Positions 18,748 through 28,737 of a stretch of 64,000 bases of DNA are shown here, piece by piece. The notes beneath the pieces are model-generated. The model searched no databases. It saw nothing but the letters and a program-made list of their open reading frames with translations, and was not told the DNA's origin. How positions within the stretch are numbered: the first letter of the stretch is position 1; each line of letters begins with the position of its first letter. Position numbers and translations under genes: made by a program. Source of the DNA: an uncultured Candidatus Sumerlaeota bacterium (GTDB lineage Bacteria > CAYMEV01); NCBI GenBank assembly GCA_964389675.1, contig CAYMEV010000020.1, positions 1 to 64,000 of the forward strand, written 5' to 3'.

Positions 18748-19421
18748 AGCGCCTTATTGAGCAGATATGAAATAAGTTTATCGGTCCCGTCTTTTGTTTT
18801 TGCGCTTAACTCGAATATTTGAGCATCAGGATTGATCTTCTTTATATAGCCCTTTGATATTTCTATATCAAAGTCAACATAGGGGAGAAGATCTATCTTA
18901 TTTATTATTATAAAGTCCGCATTTCTGAAAGCCTTGGGATATTTAAGAGGTTTGTCATCACCTTCCGTAACTGATAAAACAACGCCATTTAAATGCTCTC
19001 CGAGATAAAAGGATGCTGGACAAACCAGGTTTCCTACATTCTCTATAAAGAGAAAGGAGAATTCATTGCTGTTATCAGGTATCTTCAGATCAGCATAAGC
19101 CTTTTCAACCATCAGTGCATCAAGATGACAGCTTCCCATGGTAGTAATCTGTACAACATCTGCGCCCGTCCTCTCAATTCTAAGGCCATCATTTGGTGTC
19201 TCAACATCTCCTTCTATTACATAGACTTCTCTGCTCTTAAGGATCTCGGGTATCAGAATTTCCAGGATGCTTGTCTTGCCTGATCCGGGTGAACTGAGAA
19301 GATTGACTGAAAATATTCTGTCCCTGTCAAACCTGTTCTGGTTAGTAATTGCAATATCATTGTTTTTTCTCAGCAGATCCTTTTCCACTTTAATTATTCT
19401 TAGATTATTGCTCATTATCAT
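18744..19421 (-). CDS. hypB: Hydrogenase nickel incorporation GTPase HypB
   Basis: SSPGSGKT, CHLDA, ENVGNLVCPA, EGDDKPLKYP, NKIDL. Confidence 0.97.
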   Translation of the reverse strand: MIMSNNLRIIKVEKDLLRKNNDIAITNQNRFDRDRIFSVNLLSSPGSGKTSILEILIPEILKSREVYVIEGDVETPNDGLRIERTGADVVQITTMGSCHLDALMVEKAYADLKIPDNSNEFSFLFIENVGNLVCPASFYLGEHLNGVVLSVTEGDDKPLKYPKAFRNADFIIINKIDLLPYVDFDIEISKGYIKKINPDAQIFELSAKTKDGTDKLISYLLNKAL

Positions 19422-19752
19422 CTACCTCTATTGATTTCAGGATAATTTTATCACCCCTTACTATTTCAGCTTCGGTTGAATCGCATTCGGGGCAGATAAA
19501 GAAGTAATCATTGACAGTATACATATTGCCGCAATTTTTGCATTTTGCAACAGTATCTACAATATTCACCGATATCCTGGATCTTTTCAGGCTTGTTTCA
19601 GCTTTGATCACACCAAAGCAAAATTCAAGAGAGCCCTTGTCAATACCTGAAAAGCTTCCTATTTCAACTATTATCCTGGATACGATATCATTCTTATCAA
19701 TGTTCTGATAGACTGTATCCAGAATGTTCTGTGCTATGCTAAATTCATGCAT
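19405..19752 (-). CDS. hypA: Hydrogenase maturation nickel metallochaperone HypA
   Basis: MHE N-terminus; CKNC and CPEC zinc motifs. Confidence 0.95.
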   Translation of the reverse strand: MHEFSIAQNILDTVYQNIDKNDIVSRIIVEIGSFSGIDKGSLEFCFGVIKAETSLKRSRISVNIVDTVAKCKNCGNMYTVNDYFFICPECDSTEAEIVRGDKIILKSIEVDDNEQ

Positions 19753-20312
19753 GTCGCCATTTCAGCAAATAACTGGTGTATCTTCAGGTCATCAGATAAT
19801 TCAGAATGGAATGTTGAGCATAAAATGTTTTTATATCTTATAAGCACAGGGTTATTATCATATCTTGCTATCACTTCAACATCAGGGTGCAAAATTTCCT
19901 TTATCAGAGGTGCCCTGATAAAATAGCATTTGATCGGTTCGTTTTTGAAATATTCTGTTTTTATCTCTGTATAAAAGGAATCTTTCTGCCTTCCATATCC
20001 ATTTCTGACAACCCTTACCGGTACAAGCCCTAAAGAGCCCTGAACAGGGTTCTCAACATGTTCTGCAAGCAGGATGGTGCCTGCGCATGTCCCGAATACC
20101 GGAAAATTTTTTGAGAATTTCGTAATTTCTCTTTTCCATGGGGCCTTTTCAAAAAATTTTAATATGGTGGTGCTCTCTCCTCCCGGGATAATAAGCCCGT
20201 TTATGCCACTCAGTTCAGACGGGTTTCTGATTTCTCTTGATTCCAGCCCTAGCATTTTAAGCTGCTTTCTATGTGAAGAAAAATCTCCCTGGAGTGCCAG
20301 AACACCTATCAT
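19734..20312 (-). CDS. pdxT: PLP synthase glutaminase subunit
   Basis: IGVLALQG, IPGGESTT, GTCAG, RNGYGRQ, FIRAP, FHSE; start reassigned to ATG 20312 just after the pdxS stop. Confidence 0.95.
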   Translation of the reverse strand: MIGVLALQGDFSSHRKQLKMLGLESREIRNPSELSGINGLIIPGGESTTILKFFEKAPWKREITKFSKNFPVFGTCAGTILLAEHVENPVQGSLGLVPVRVVRNGYGRQKDSFYTEIKTEYFKNEPIKCYFIRAPLIKEILHPDVEVIARYDNNPVLIRYKNILCSTFHSELSDDLKIHQLFAEMATCMNLA

Positions 20313-20316
20313 GTTA

Positions 20317-21210
20317 CTACCAGCCTCTTTTCTGCAGAAGCTCGCTCTCATCAAGTTTGCTGACATCTATTCCCTTCATGGGATCCTTAAGCCTCTTTGA
20401 TGCTTCAAGCACCTTGGAATAATCAGAATGATGGGTAACGCTGTCAACGATTGCTTTTGCCCTGTTTTCAGGGTCTTCTGATTTGAATATCCCGCTTCCG
20501 ACAAAGACCGCTTCTGCTCCTAATTCCATGACAAGAGCAGCATCGGCCGGTGTTGATACACCGCCTGCAGCAAAATTTGGTACTGGCAGCCTGCCGTTTT
20601 TATGAACATAGTATATTAGCTCCAATGGTGCCTGGAGCCTTTTTGATTCAGCAATGAGCTCATCCTCCCTGAGAACTGTAAGAGTCCTTATATCCCTGGT
20701 TACCTGTCTGAGATGCCTTACAGCCTCGACAATATCCCCCGAACCTGCCTCTCCCTTTGTCCTTATCATTGCAGCGCCTTCTCCGATCCTTCTCAAGGCT
20801 TCGCCCAGGTTTCTGCATCCGCATACGAAAGGCACCTTATAGTTGTGTTTCCAGATATGGTTTTCTTCGTCCGCCGGGGTCAGGACCTCGCTTTCATCTA
20901 TGAAGTCAACTCCAAGCTCCTCCAGTATCCTTGCTTCAGATATATGTCCAATCCTGGCTTTTGCCATAACAGGTATAGAGACATTCTTCATTATTTCTTC
21001 TATTTTGCTTATCGAAGCCATGCGGGCTACTCCGCCCTCCTTCCTGATATCAGCAGGCACCCTTTCCAATGCCATTACAGCGCATGCTCCAGCATCCTGG
21101 GCTATCTTTGCCTGTGTTGCATTGGTAACATCCATAATAACTCCCCCCTTCAGCATCTCAGCAAAACCAACCTTAGTTCTGAATTTCTCTGAGCTTAAAA
21201 ATTCAAACAT
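20317..21210 (-). CDS. pdxS: PLP synthase lyase subunit
   Basis: [42 protein letters not shown]. Confidence 0.98.
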   Translation of the reverse strand: MFEFLSSEKFRTKVGFAEMLKGGVIMDVTNATQAKIAQDAGACAVMALERVPADIRKEGGVARMASISKIEEIMKNVSIPVMAKARIGHISEARILEELGVDFIDESEVLTPADEENHIWKHNYKVPFVCGCRNLGEALRRIGEGAAMIRTKGEAGSGDIVEAVRHLRQVTRDIRTLTVLREDELIAESKRLQAPLELIYYVHKNGRLPVPNFAAGGVSTPADAALVMELGAEAVFVGSGIFKSEDPENRAKAIVDSVTHHSDYSKVLEASKRLKDPMKGIDVSKLDESELLQKRGW

Positions 21211-21407
21211 CCTGATCCTCCTTTTCTACCATAATAATTCCGCGTTATTATTTTATAATTCAGCTAAGACAATATTTATAAATTATACACTAATGTCAAA
21301 TAAAATCAGTGTCTAATGAGCTGTTTTATATTTACTTTTTAGTGAAGCACCAAAAAGCTTTTTATATAAATATTTAGAAAAAGGTATATGAAAAATCCTT
21401 CAAAAAC

Positions 21408-21436
21408 TTGAAATTTTTTTGGCACATGTATATGAT
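21408..21436 (+). promoter_or_regulatory. Putative sigma70-type promoter of the nitroreductase gene
   Basis: TTGAAA-N17-TATGAT, followed by GGAGG SD and ATG 21476. Confidence 0.55.
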
Positions 21437-21475
21437 TATAAATAGTACAAATACTTAAAATCGGAGGCGGAATGA

Positions 21476-21976
21476 ATGGAGTTTATTCTTTCAAGGCGCA
21501 GTATAAGAAAATTTAAGAGTGAAAAGGTCCCCGAACACATATTAAGGGAAATACTCAAAGCGGCCATGAGCGCACCTTCTGCTGGAAATCAGCAGCCATG
21601 GCATTTTATACTCATCAGGGAAAGAAGGATCCTTGATGAAATACCAAAATTTCATCAGTATTCTGATTCTATCAGGGAAGCGAACTGTGCCATACTGGTA
21701 TGCGGTGACCTGATGCTTGAAAAGCATAAAGGCTACTGGATACAGGATTGTTCGGCCGCCACGCAAAATATTCTGATTGCTGCTCAGGTGAAGGGGCTGG
21801 GTTCATGCTGGCTGGGAGTATATCCGAGGGAATTCAGAATAAAAGGTTTCAGGGACCTGTTCAAGCTCCCGGAAAATATTATACCATTTTCGGTGGTGCC
21901 AATCGGTTACCCGGCTGAAACCAAGGCTAAAATAAACAGGTATAAAGAAGACAGAGTACACTATGACAAATGGTAG
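21476..21976 (+). CDS. Nitroreductase family protein
   Basis: RRSIRKF, APSAGNQQPWHF, QNILIAA...GLGSCW, IGYP. Confidence 0.93.
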   Translation: MEFILSRRSIRKFKSEKVPEHILREILKAAMSAPSAGNQQPWHFILIRERRILDEIPKFHQYSDSIREANCAILVCGDLMLEKHKGYWIQDCSAATQNILIAAQVKGLGSCWLGVYPREFRIKGFRDLFKLPENIIPFSVVPIGYPAETKAKINRYKEDRVHYDKW

Positions 21977-22020
21977 AGGAGCATAAGGCGTATATATATG
22001 GCCCTTAAGTAAGGTCCATA

Positions 22021-23247
22021 TTATCTGCCGTCTGATGCCGGGTCTTCTTCTTCAAGCCATCCTGCGCTTTTATCCAGTTTTTTACGGAAAAATTTGCCTG
22101 CATTGGCAATGTCCTTTGCCTGATGGTATTTGAAATAGAAATAATCATCCATAATCCCTATTATCTCAATCTTTCCTGAAACATGGGACATGCAGTATCT
22201 GAACCTTTTGCTCAGGCCGTCAAGCCTTGATTTTGCTTTCCTGACAATGTTTATTGCCTGATAAAGAGGGACCTGGAAATGAGACTTTACCCTCCTGACA
22301 GGCCTGCACTGAAACAGGTAATAGGGATTTATACCGATCCGAACCAGATTCTTAAACAGCCTTATAAGAGTTTCAGGGTCAGCATTGACGCCATTTAGAA
22401 GGACTGTCTGGTTGCTGATTACCATCCCTGAATTTATCAGCCTGCTTATGGCAAGGGTTGATAAATCTGTTATCTCATTGGGATGGTTGAAATGCGTGAC
22501 AATATGCAGCCTTTTCTCCTTTTTGGAATATTGTCTGAAAAGATAGATCAGGTCGTCATCTTCAGTTATCCTGTAAGGAAACATAACAGGCACGCGCGAG
22601 CCGATCCTTATATATTTCAGATGCTGTATTGAGGTGAGCTCATGCAGAAATTTCTCTATAATCTCTGTAGGGAGTACAAGGGGATCTCCCCCGCTTAAAA
22701 GGACATTGGTAATTTCCCTGTGTTCCCTGACATAATCGACTGCATCATTGAATATTTCAAGCACTTCATTGTTCGGCAATCCGACCAGCCTTTTCCTGAA
22801 ACAGTACCTGCAATAGGATGAGCATTTATTTGTTGTCAGGACCAGGGCTGTCTGTGCATATTTGTGCTGCAGGCCAAGAAGCTTTGTATTCTGTTTCTCC
22901 CCGCTTGTATCATATGTCCCTGTCATATCCATTTCGCAAACAGATGGAATGATCATCTTTTTAATTGGGTCCTCATGGTCATTTTTATTGATAAGGCCTG
23001 CATAGTATCTGGAAACGCTTGCTGGGTGAATCTCTATTATCTCAGAAACCGCTTCGCGGTCCTCTTTACTGATAAATTCATCGAGATCTTCAATTGAGCT
23101 TAAGTTCTCTTTGAGTCTAAGCTGCCACCTTTTAAGAGGTTTGCTTCGTAATTTGTCGAGCAGATCAGCATCGCTCAGTGTCTCATGAGGTTTAATCGAG
23201 TTCACCCGGGATTTTTCCAGAACAATTGTTTTATCTGATGATATCAT
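22021..23247 (-). CDS. KamA family radical SAM protein (lysine 2,3-aminomutase-like)
   Basis: GLQHKY, CSSYCRYCFRKR, LSGGDPL, HFNHPNE, NQTVLL.GVN, PYYLFQC; AGGAGG SD. Confidence 0.92.
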   Translation of the reverse strand: MISSDKTIVLEKSRVNSIKPHETLSDADLLDKLRSKPLKRWQLRLKENLSSIEDLDEFISKEDREAVSEIIEIHPASVSRYYAGLINKNDHEDPIKKMIIPSVCEMDMTGTYDTSGEKQNTKLLGLQHKYAQTALVLTTNKCSSYCRYCFRKRLVGLPNNEVLEIFNDAVDYVREHREITNVLLSGGDPLVLPTEIIEKFLHELTSIQHLKYIRIGSRVPVMFPYRITEDDDLIYLFRQYSKKEKRLHIVTHFNHPNEITDLSTLAISRLINSGMVISNQTVLLNGVNADPETLIRLFKNLVRIGINPYYLFQCRPVRRVKSHFQVPLYQAINIVRKAKSRLDGLSKRFRYCMSHVSGKIEIIGIMDDYFYFKYHQAKDIANAGKFFRKKLDKSAGWLEEEDPASDGR

Positions 23248-23597
23248 AATAAAACCTCCTTTTATTTTATAAGAAAAATATTTTAATGTTGAACAATATT
23301 ATTATCACTTAAGCAAGATCTATATCCAATCTAAAAAAACCAGATAAGATCTAAAATATCCGACAAGATCAAATGATGAAATTACTTAGCATAAATAACA
23401 GACAATTGGATAAGATCTGATATTCTACCGGTTATCATTTAATGCAAATAGCAGTAATTGTTATCCTCTATTATATTTTAACATAATAAATAAATCCTGT
23501 CAAGTCTACAGCAATTAAAATATTCTTCTTGCAAATAAAATGGAAATAAGACATAAATACAAATAAAGAAGTTATAATAAAATTAAGGAGGATATAG

Positions 23598-25559
23598 ATG
23601 AAATACAGAAAGCTCATTTGCATCCCGGCAATAATATTTCTATTTCTATTTATCATTGCCTGTGGTGGAGACAGCACAAAAAAAACTCAGGATACTGCTG
23701 TGAAGGAACTGCCCCCGGATATAGTATCAGGCCCGGACCACAGTGTTCCCGCAGAGATGGGAGGCCCGGGATTTGAGGATATAGCTGAGGGCCTCGGCTG
23801 GATTCACCGTGAATCAAGCTTTTACTTAAAAAGCGATGAAGTTAAGAAGGGCGGCAAGCTTACATTTGCTTTGACAGAGTTTCCCCCTACCTACAGGACA
23901 GAAGGCAAGGACGCTAATTCTGCGGTAATAAGCATGATAGGCGGGCTTATATATGAACCTCTGCTCGGTCTTGATACCCTGACGATGGAATATACAAGGG
24001 GACTTGCAACACACTATAAGATAGAGGAAGACAACCAGACATTCTGGTTCCGGATAGACCCCAAGGCAAAGTATTCCGACGGCTACCCCGTGACAGCAGA
24101 TGATGTCCTTTATTCATGGAGGCTTCAGGTAGATGAGGGAATATTATCCCCGTACAGCAAGATCCTTTATGAAAAGTATGAGGAACCTGAGGTGATAAGC
24201 AAATATATTGTAAAGGTAAAGGCAAAAGAGCTTAACTGGCGTTTATTTCTCTATTTTTCCGTTTCAATGAACATTTATCCGTCCCATATACTGAAAGACA
24301 TTACAGGTGCTGATTATTTACGCAATTACCAGTATAAGACCATTCCCGGGACAGGGCCATATTATATAGATACAGATGCCTCAAGAGTCGGACGCTATAT
24401 AATCATAAAAAGAAGGGATGATTACTGGGATAAGGATTCGGAAGGCTATAAATACTCTGCAAACTTTGATGAGATAAGGATCAATATTGTAAAGGATGAA
24501 AGGCTACAGCTGGAGAGGTTTAAGAAGGGAGAGCTTGATTTCTATGTTGTTGGAAGAGCCAGCTGGTGGGTTGAGGAGTTTGATTTTGACGAGGTCAAAA
24601 GGGGCCTTATCCAGAAAAGGAAGATATATACTCATAATGCGCAGGGCACATCCGGTTTTGCCATGAACATGAGGGTTCCCCCGTTCAATGACAAAAGGGT
24701 AAGGCTTGCAGTAAACTATCTTTTTAATAAGCAGAAACTCATTGAAAATCTATTTTATAATGAGTATCTGCACCTTGATTCATATTATCCGGGTACAGTA
24801 TATGAAAATCCCGGCAATCCAAAATACAGGCATGATGTCCCTAAAGCCCTTGAACTGCTGAACGAGGCTGGATATACAAAAAAGGATAATGAGGGCTACC
24901 TTATAAATGAAAACGGCGAGAGGCTTGAGTTCGATATAAGGATAGACCAGAGCTGGAACAGGATAATGTCCCCTGTTCAGGAGGATTTCAGGGCTGCAGG
25001 CGTCAAGATGAACATACAGTATTCTGATAGTACCACAATGTTCAAGCTCCTTATGGAAAGGCAGTTCAAGATACATTATCAGTCCTGGACGGGCTTATTC
25101 TTCCCGAACCCGGAAAGCTCATGGCATTCAAACCTTGCAGACCCGAATGATACAAATAATATATGCGGTTTTAAGAATGAAAGAATGGATGAGATATGCG
25201 AGGAATATAATGTCGAGTTTGATATTCAGAAGAGGATTGACCTTATCAGGGAGACTGACAGGATGCTTATGGAGGAGGTCCCCTATGCCTTAAGCTGGTA
25301 TGCACCCTATGACAGGATAGTATACTGGAATAAATTCGGACAGCCCAAGGGTTATCTGAGTAAAACAGGTGACTGGAGGGGTATTTTGAGCCTCTGGTGG
25401 TATGATGAGGCAAAAGATGCAGAGCTCCAGAAGGCAGAGAATGACAAAAATGTCCAGCTTGAGGTCGGTGAAACAGAGGTAAAATTCTGGGATAAGTTCG
25501 ATGAGGAAAGGGAAGCAAACCCGGAAAAGACTCCTCAGGAAATCTATGACAGCCTCTAG
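23598..25559 (+). CDS. Peptide ABC transporter substrate-binding lipoprotein (SBP family 5, YejA-like)
   Basis: Lipobox IIAC; IYEPLL..D; GTGPY; FAMNMR.PPFND.RVR.A; C-terminal WW.D. Confidence 0.9.
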   Translation: MKYRKLICIPAIIFLFLFIIACGGDSTKKTQDTAVKELPPDIVSGPDHSVPAEMGGPGFEDIAEGLGWIHRESSFYLKSDEVKKGGKLTFALTEFPPTYRTEGKDANSAVISMIGGLIYEPLLGLDTLTMEYTRGLATHYKIEEDNQTFWFRIDPKAKYSDGYPVTADDVLYSWRLQVDEGILSPYSKILYEKYEEPEVISKYIVKVKAKELNWRLFLYFSVSMNIYPSHILKDITGADYLRNYQYKTIPGTGPYYIDTDASRVGRYIIIKRRDDYWDKDSEGYKYSANFDEIRINIVKDERLQLERFKKGELDFYVVGRASWWVEEFDFDEVKRGLIQKRKIYTHNAQGTSGFAMNMRVPPFNDKRVRLAVNYLFNKQKLIENLFYNEYLHLDSYYPGTVYENPGNPKYRHDVPKALELLNEAGYTKKDNEGYLINENGERLEFDIRIDQSWNRIMSPVQEDFRAAGVKMNIQYSDSTTMFKLLMERQFKIHYQSWTGLFFPNPESSWHSNLADPNDTNNICGFKNERMDEICEEYNVEFDIQKRIDLIRETDRMLMEEVPYALSWYAPYDRIVYWNKFGQPKGYLSKTGDWRGILSLWWYDEAKDAELQKAENDKNVQLEVGETEVKFWDKFDEEREANPEKTPQEIYDSL

Positions 25560-25574
25560 CAGGAGGAATAAAAT

Positions 25575-26621
25575 ATGCTATATCAATATTTTTTAAGGAG
25601 ATTTTTACTGATCTTTCCGACATTCCTCGGGGTTACTCTCCTGGTTTTCATGATACTCCAGATAGTCCCCGGGGGCCCGCTGGAACAGGAGATAATGAAG
25701 CTGAAAGCAGGGATGGCCCAGGGCGGAGAGGTTGGAGCAGCCGGAACCATGGACAGGGTAGGGGGCGTTGAGATACCTGAGGCTGCCATGGAGGAGATGA
25801 AGAAATTCTATGGATTTGACAAGCCTATCCCTTACCGTTATGCATCCTGGATATTCAATATCTTCAACTTAAACCTTGGAAGGTCCTATGTATATGCCCA
25901 GCCTGTATGGGAACTGCTTATGAGCAGGATACACATATCTGCATATTTCGGGATAATCGGTTTTCTGCTTTCATACAGCGTGTGCGTTCCCCTCGGGGTT
26001 TTCAAAGCTATCAAGCACGGTTCAGCCTTTGATGCAACAAGCTCGATACTTGTCTTCATCGGCTATTCGATACCGGGTTATGTCCTTGGGCTTGTTCTGC
26101 TGATGCTTCTCGGCGGAGGTTCTTTCTGGGATGTATTTCCCCTCGGGGATTTCAGGTCTTATGACATGTGGGACAGCTTCACACTCTTTGAGAAGATAAA
26201 GGATCAGCTGTGGCATACAGTCCTTCCTGTTATCGCCTATATGATAGGTGGATTTGCGACACTGACCGTTGTAATGAAGAATTCCCTGCTTGAAAACCTG
26301 AGCCAGGATTATGTAAGGACAGCTTTTGCCAAAGGATTATCAGAAAAGAGGGTTATATTCCTGCATACACTGCGAAACAGCCTTATTCCAATAGCAACAG
26401 GCATAGGCGGGCTTCTGGGAATATTCTTTGCAGGCTCATACCTTATTGAAAGGGTTTTTAATATCGATGGGATAGGCATGCTTGGATATATGTCGATACT
26501 TCAGAGGGATTATCCGGTTACTCTTGGTTTTCTGGTCATAGGTACATTGATAAGGCTATTTGGAAACATTGTCTCGGATATGGCTTATGCGGCTATAGAC
26601 CCAAGAATAAGGTTCAGGTAA
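25575..26621 (+). CDS. Peptide ABC transporter permease (YejB/OppB-like)
   Basis: VPGGPLE, YGFDKP, DYVRTAFAKGL EAA loop, DPRIRF. Confidence 0.93.
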   Translation: MLYQYFLRRFLLIFPTFLGVTLLVFMILQIVPGGPLEQEIMKLKAGMAQGGEVGAAGTMDRVGGVEIPEAAMEEMKKFYGFDKPIPYRYASWIFNIFNLNLGRSYVYAQPVWELLMSRIHISAYFGIIGFLLSYSVCVPLGVFKAIKHGSAFDATSSILVFIGYSIPGYVLGLVLLMLLGGGSFWDVFPLGDFRSYDMWDSFTLFEKIKDQLWHTVLPVIAYMIGGFATLTVVMKNSLLENLSQDYVRTAFAKGLSEKRVIFLHTLRNSLIPIATGIGGLLGIFFAGSYLIERVFNIDGIGMLGYMSILQRDYPVTLGFLVIGTLIRLFGNIVSDMAYAAIDPRIRFR

Positions 26622-26636
26622 GGGAGGAAGGCAGAT

Positions 26637-27701
26637 ATGAAAGAAAAACAAAAGAAAAAAAAGAAGGTTTCCCTTTCAGTTCTACAGAAAAGATTAAAGA
26701 AATTCAAATCAATAAAGAGGGGATATTATTCATTCTTGATCATCTTTGTATTATATTTGTTATCCTTCTTCTTTCCATTGATAATAAATTACAAGGCCCT
26801 TGTTGTAAAATATGAGGGCAAGCTCTATTTCCCCATCTTCCAGTACTATCCCGGCGAAGCATTTGGCCAGGATATAATTGGAGAGGCTGATTACAGGTCA
26901 CTAAAAAAGGAATTCAGCAAAGAAAAAACAGGAAACTGGGTGATTATGCCTTTATACCCCTATGGGCCATATGAATCCCTTATGGGAAAGATAAAGGGCG
27001 AACCGCCGAATGCTCCCACTTCAGATAACTGGTTCGGGACGGATGCAAGCGGCAGGGATGTTTTTGCAAGGATGGCCTATGGATTTAATATATCCCTCAG
27101 CTTTGCAATAATACTTACATTCTTCAACTATACCATAGGTGTCACAATAGGTGCATTACTCGGGTTCTACGGCGGTGTATTCGACATTGTCGCCCAGAGG
27201 TTCATAGAGATATGGTCCGCACTGCCTTTCCTCTATACAGTAATTATCATCACATCGATTATCAGGCCGAGTTTCCTTCTTCTTGTCATTATATTGTCAC
27301 TGTTTGGATGGGTAGGAATGACATACTATATGAGAGGTGAATTCTACAGGGAAAAAGCAAAAGATTATGTTTCCGCAGCTGTATCAATGGGTGCTTCTGA
27401 CAGGGAGATCATGTTCAAGCACATCCTGCCAAATTCCCTGACACCTATAATATCATTCTTCCCCTTTTCAGTTGTGGGCGGAATAGGCTCTCTTGTCTCA
27501 CTTGACTTCCTGGGTTTCGGGCTTGCGCCGCCTACGCCAAGCTGGGGCGAGATGTTCAATACAGGCCTTGAGAATATCTTCAACTGGTGGCTGGTTGCAG
27601 CGCCGCTTTCTGCAATGTTCCTTACCCTTCTCATGGTAGTTTTCGTCGGAGAAGCGATCAGGGAGGCTTTTGATCCAAAAGTATTCTCGAGGTTAAGGTG
27701 A
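26637..27701 (+). CDS. Peptide ABC transporter permease (YejE/OppC-like)
   Basis: KRGYYS, FGTDASGRDV, HILPN, LDFLGFGL.PP.PSWG, GEA.R.AFDP. Confidence 0.93.
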   Translation: MKEKQKKKKKVSLSVLQKRLKKFKSIKRGYYSFLIIFVLYLLSFFFPLIINYKALVVKYEGKLYFPIFQYYPGEAFGQDIIGEADYRSLKKEFSKEKTGNWVIMPLYPYGPYESLMGKIKGEPPNAPTSDNWFGTDASGRDVFARMAYGFNISLSFAIILTFFNYTIGVTIGALLGFYGGVFDIVAQRFIEIWSALPFLYTVIIITSIIRPSFLLLVIILSLFGWVGMTYYMRGEFYREKAKDYVSAAVSMGASDREIMFKHILPNSLTPIISFFPFSVVGGIGSLVSLDFLGFGLAPPTPSWGEMFNTGLENIFNWWLVAAPLSAMFLTLLMVVFVGEAIREAFDPKVFSRLR

Positions 27702-27707
27702 TTTATC

Positions 27708-28724
27708 ATGAAGAAACTAATTGAAATTAATAATTTAAAGACATATTTCAAGACAGAGGGCGGCATAGGAAAGGCAGTTGACGGAGTCGACTTTGATGTT
27801 TTTGAAAAAGAGGTTTTAGGCATAGTAGGGGAGTCAGGATCGGGTAAATCTGTCACTGCTTTATCGATACTCAGGCTTATACCCAATCCTCCGGGGAGGA
27901 TAGTTGATGGAAAGATATTATTCAAAGGTAAAACGGACATACTGAAGCTTCCTTATGATGAACTAAGGAAATTCAGGGGAAGTGAGATATCAATGGTTTT
28001 CCAGGAGCCCATGACATCACTGAATCCTGTTTTTACCATTGGAATGCAGGTTTCTGAAGTCATTATGCAGCATAATGATGTCAGCAAGAAAGAGGCATTT
28101 GACAGGGCTGTTGAAATACTTGACCATGTAGGCATTCCCGTTGCGAGAAAGCGGATGAAGGATTATCCACATCAGTTTTCTGGAGGGATGAGACAGAGGG
28201 TCATGATTGCAATGGCGCTTGCATGCAATCCTTCACTGCTTATTGCTGATGAACCGACTACAGCTCTGGATGTTACAATCCAGGCACAGATAATAGACCT
28301 CATGCTTGAGATAAAAGAAAAAAGGGAAGAGGCCGCAATGATACTCATTACCCATGACCTTGCTGTAATAGCTGAAACATGCCAGAGGGTAATAGTCATG
28401 TACGGCGGTAAGATCCAGGAAATAGCAGAGGTAAACGAACTTTTTTACAATCCCCTTCACCCCTATACAAAAGGGCTTCTAAAAGCAATACCCAATCCCA
28501 TTAAGAAAAAGGAGAGGCTGGAGGTAATAAAGGGAATGGTCCCCAATATCCTTGATATGCCTGTGGGTTGTAAATACTGCACAAGATGCGATAAGGCCAT
28601 GAGCCATTGCTGCAATATCGAACCTCCGCTGATTGAGCTTGAAAATGATCATTTTGTCAGGTGCCACCTTTACTCAGATGATTCATCAATGAATACCGAG
28701 CAAAACAAAAACATAGAAAATTGA
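27708..28724 (+). CDS. Peptide ABC transporter ATP-binding protein (OppD/DppD)
   Basis: [35 protein letters not shown]-terminal Cys cluster. Confidence 0.95.
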   Translation: MKKLIEINNLKTYFKTEGGIGKAVDGVDFDVFEKEVLGIVGESGSGKSVTALSILRLIPNPPGRIVDGKILFKGKTDILKLPYDELRKFRGSEISMVFQEPMTSLNPVFTIGMQVSEVIMQHNDVSKKEAFDRAVEILDHVGIPVARKRMKDYPHQFSGGMRQRVMIAMALACNPSLLIADEPTTALDVTIQAQIIDLMLEIKEKREEAAMILITHDLAVIAETCQRVIVMYGGKIQEIAEVNELFYNPLHPYTKGLLKAIPNPIKKKERLEVIKGMVPNILDMPVGCKYCTRCDKAMSHCCNIEPPLIELENDHFVRCHLYSDDSSMNTEQNKNIEN

Positions 28725-28737
28725 CAGGGGAAGAAAG

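Noticed and set aside
20313..20366. N-terminal extension of pdxT given in the ORF track
   Set aside because: It overlaps the pdxS 3' end; the conserved PdxT start (MIGVLALQG) is ATG 20312
23248..23597. Replication origin
   Set aside because: AT-rich with GATC repeats, but no perfect DnaA boxes seen and no dnaA/dnaN nearby
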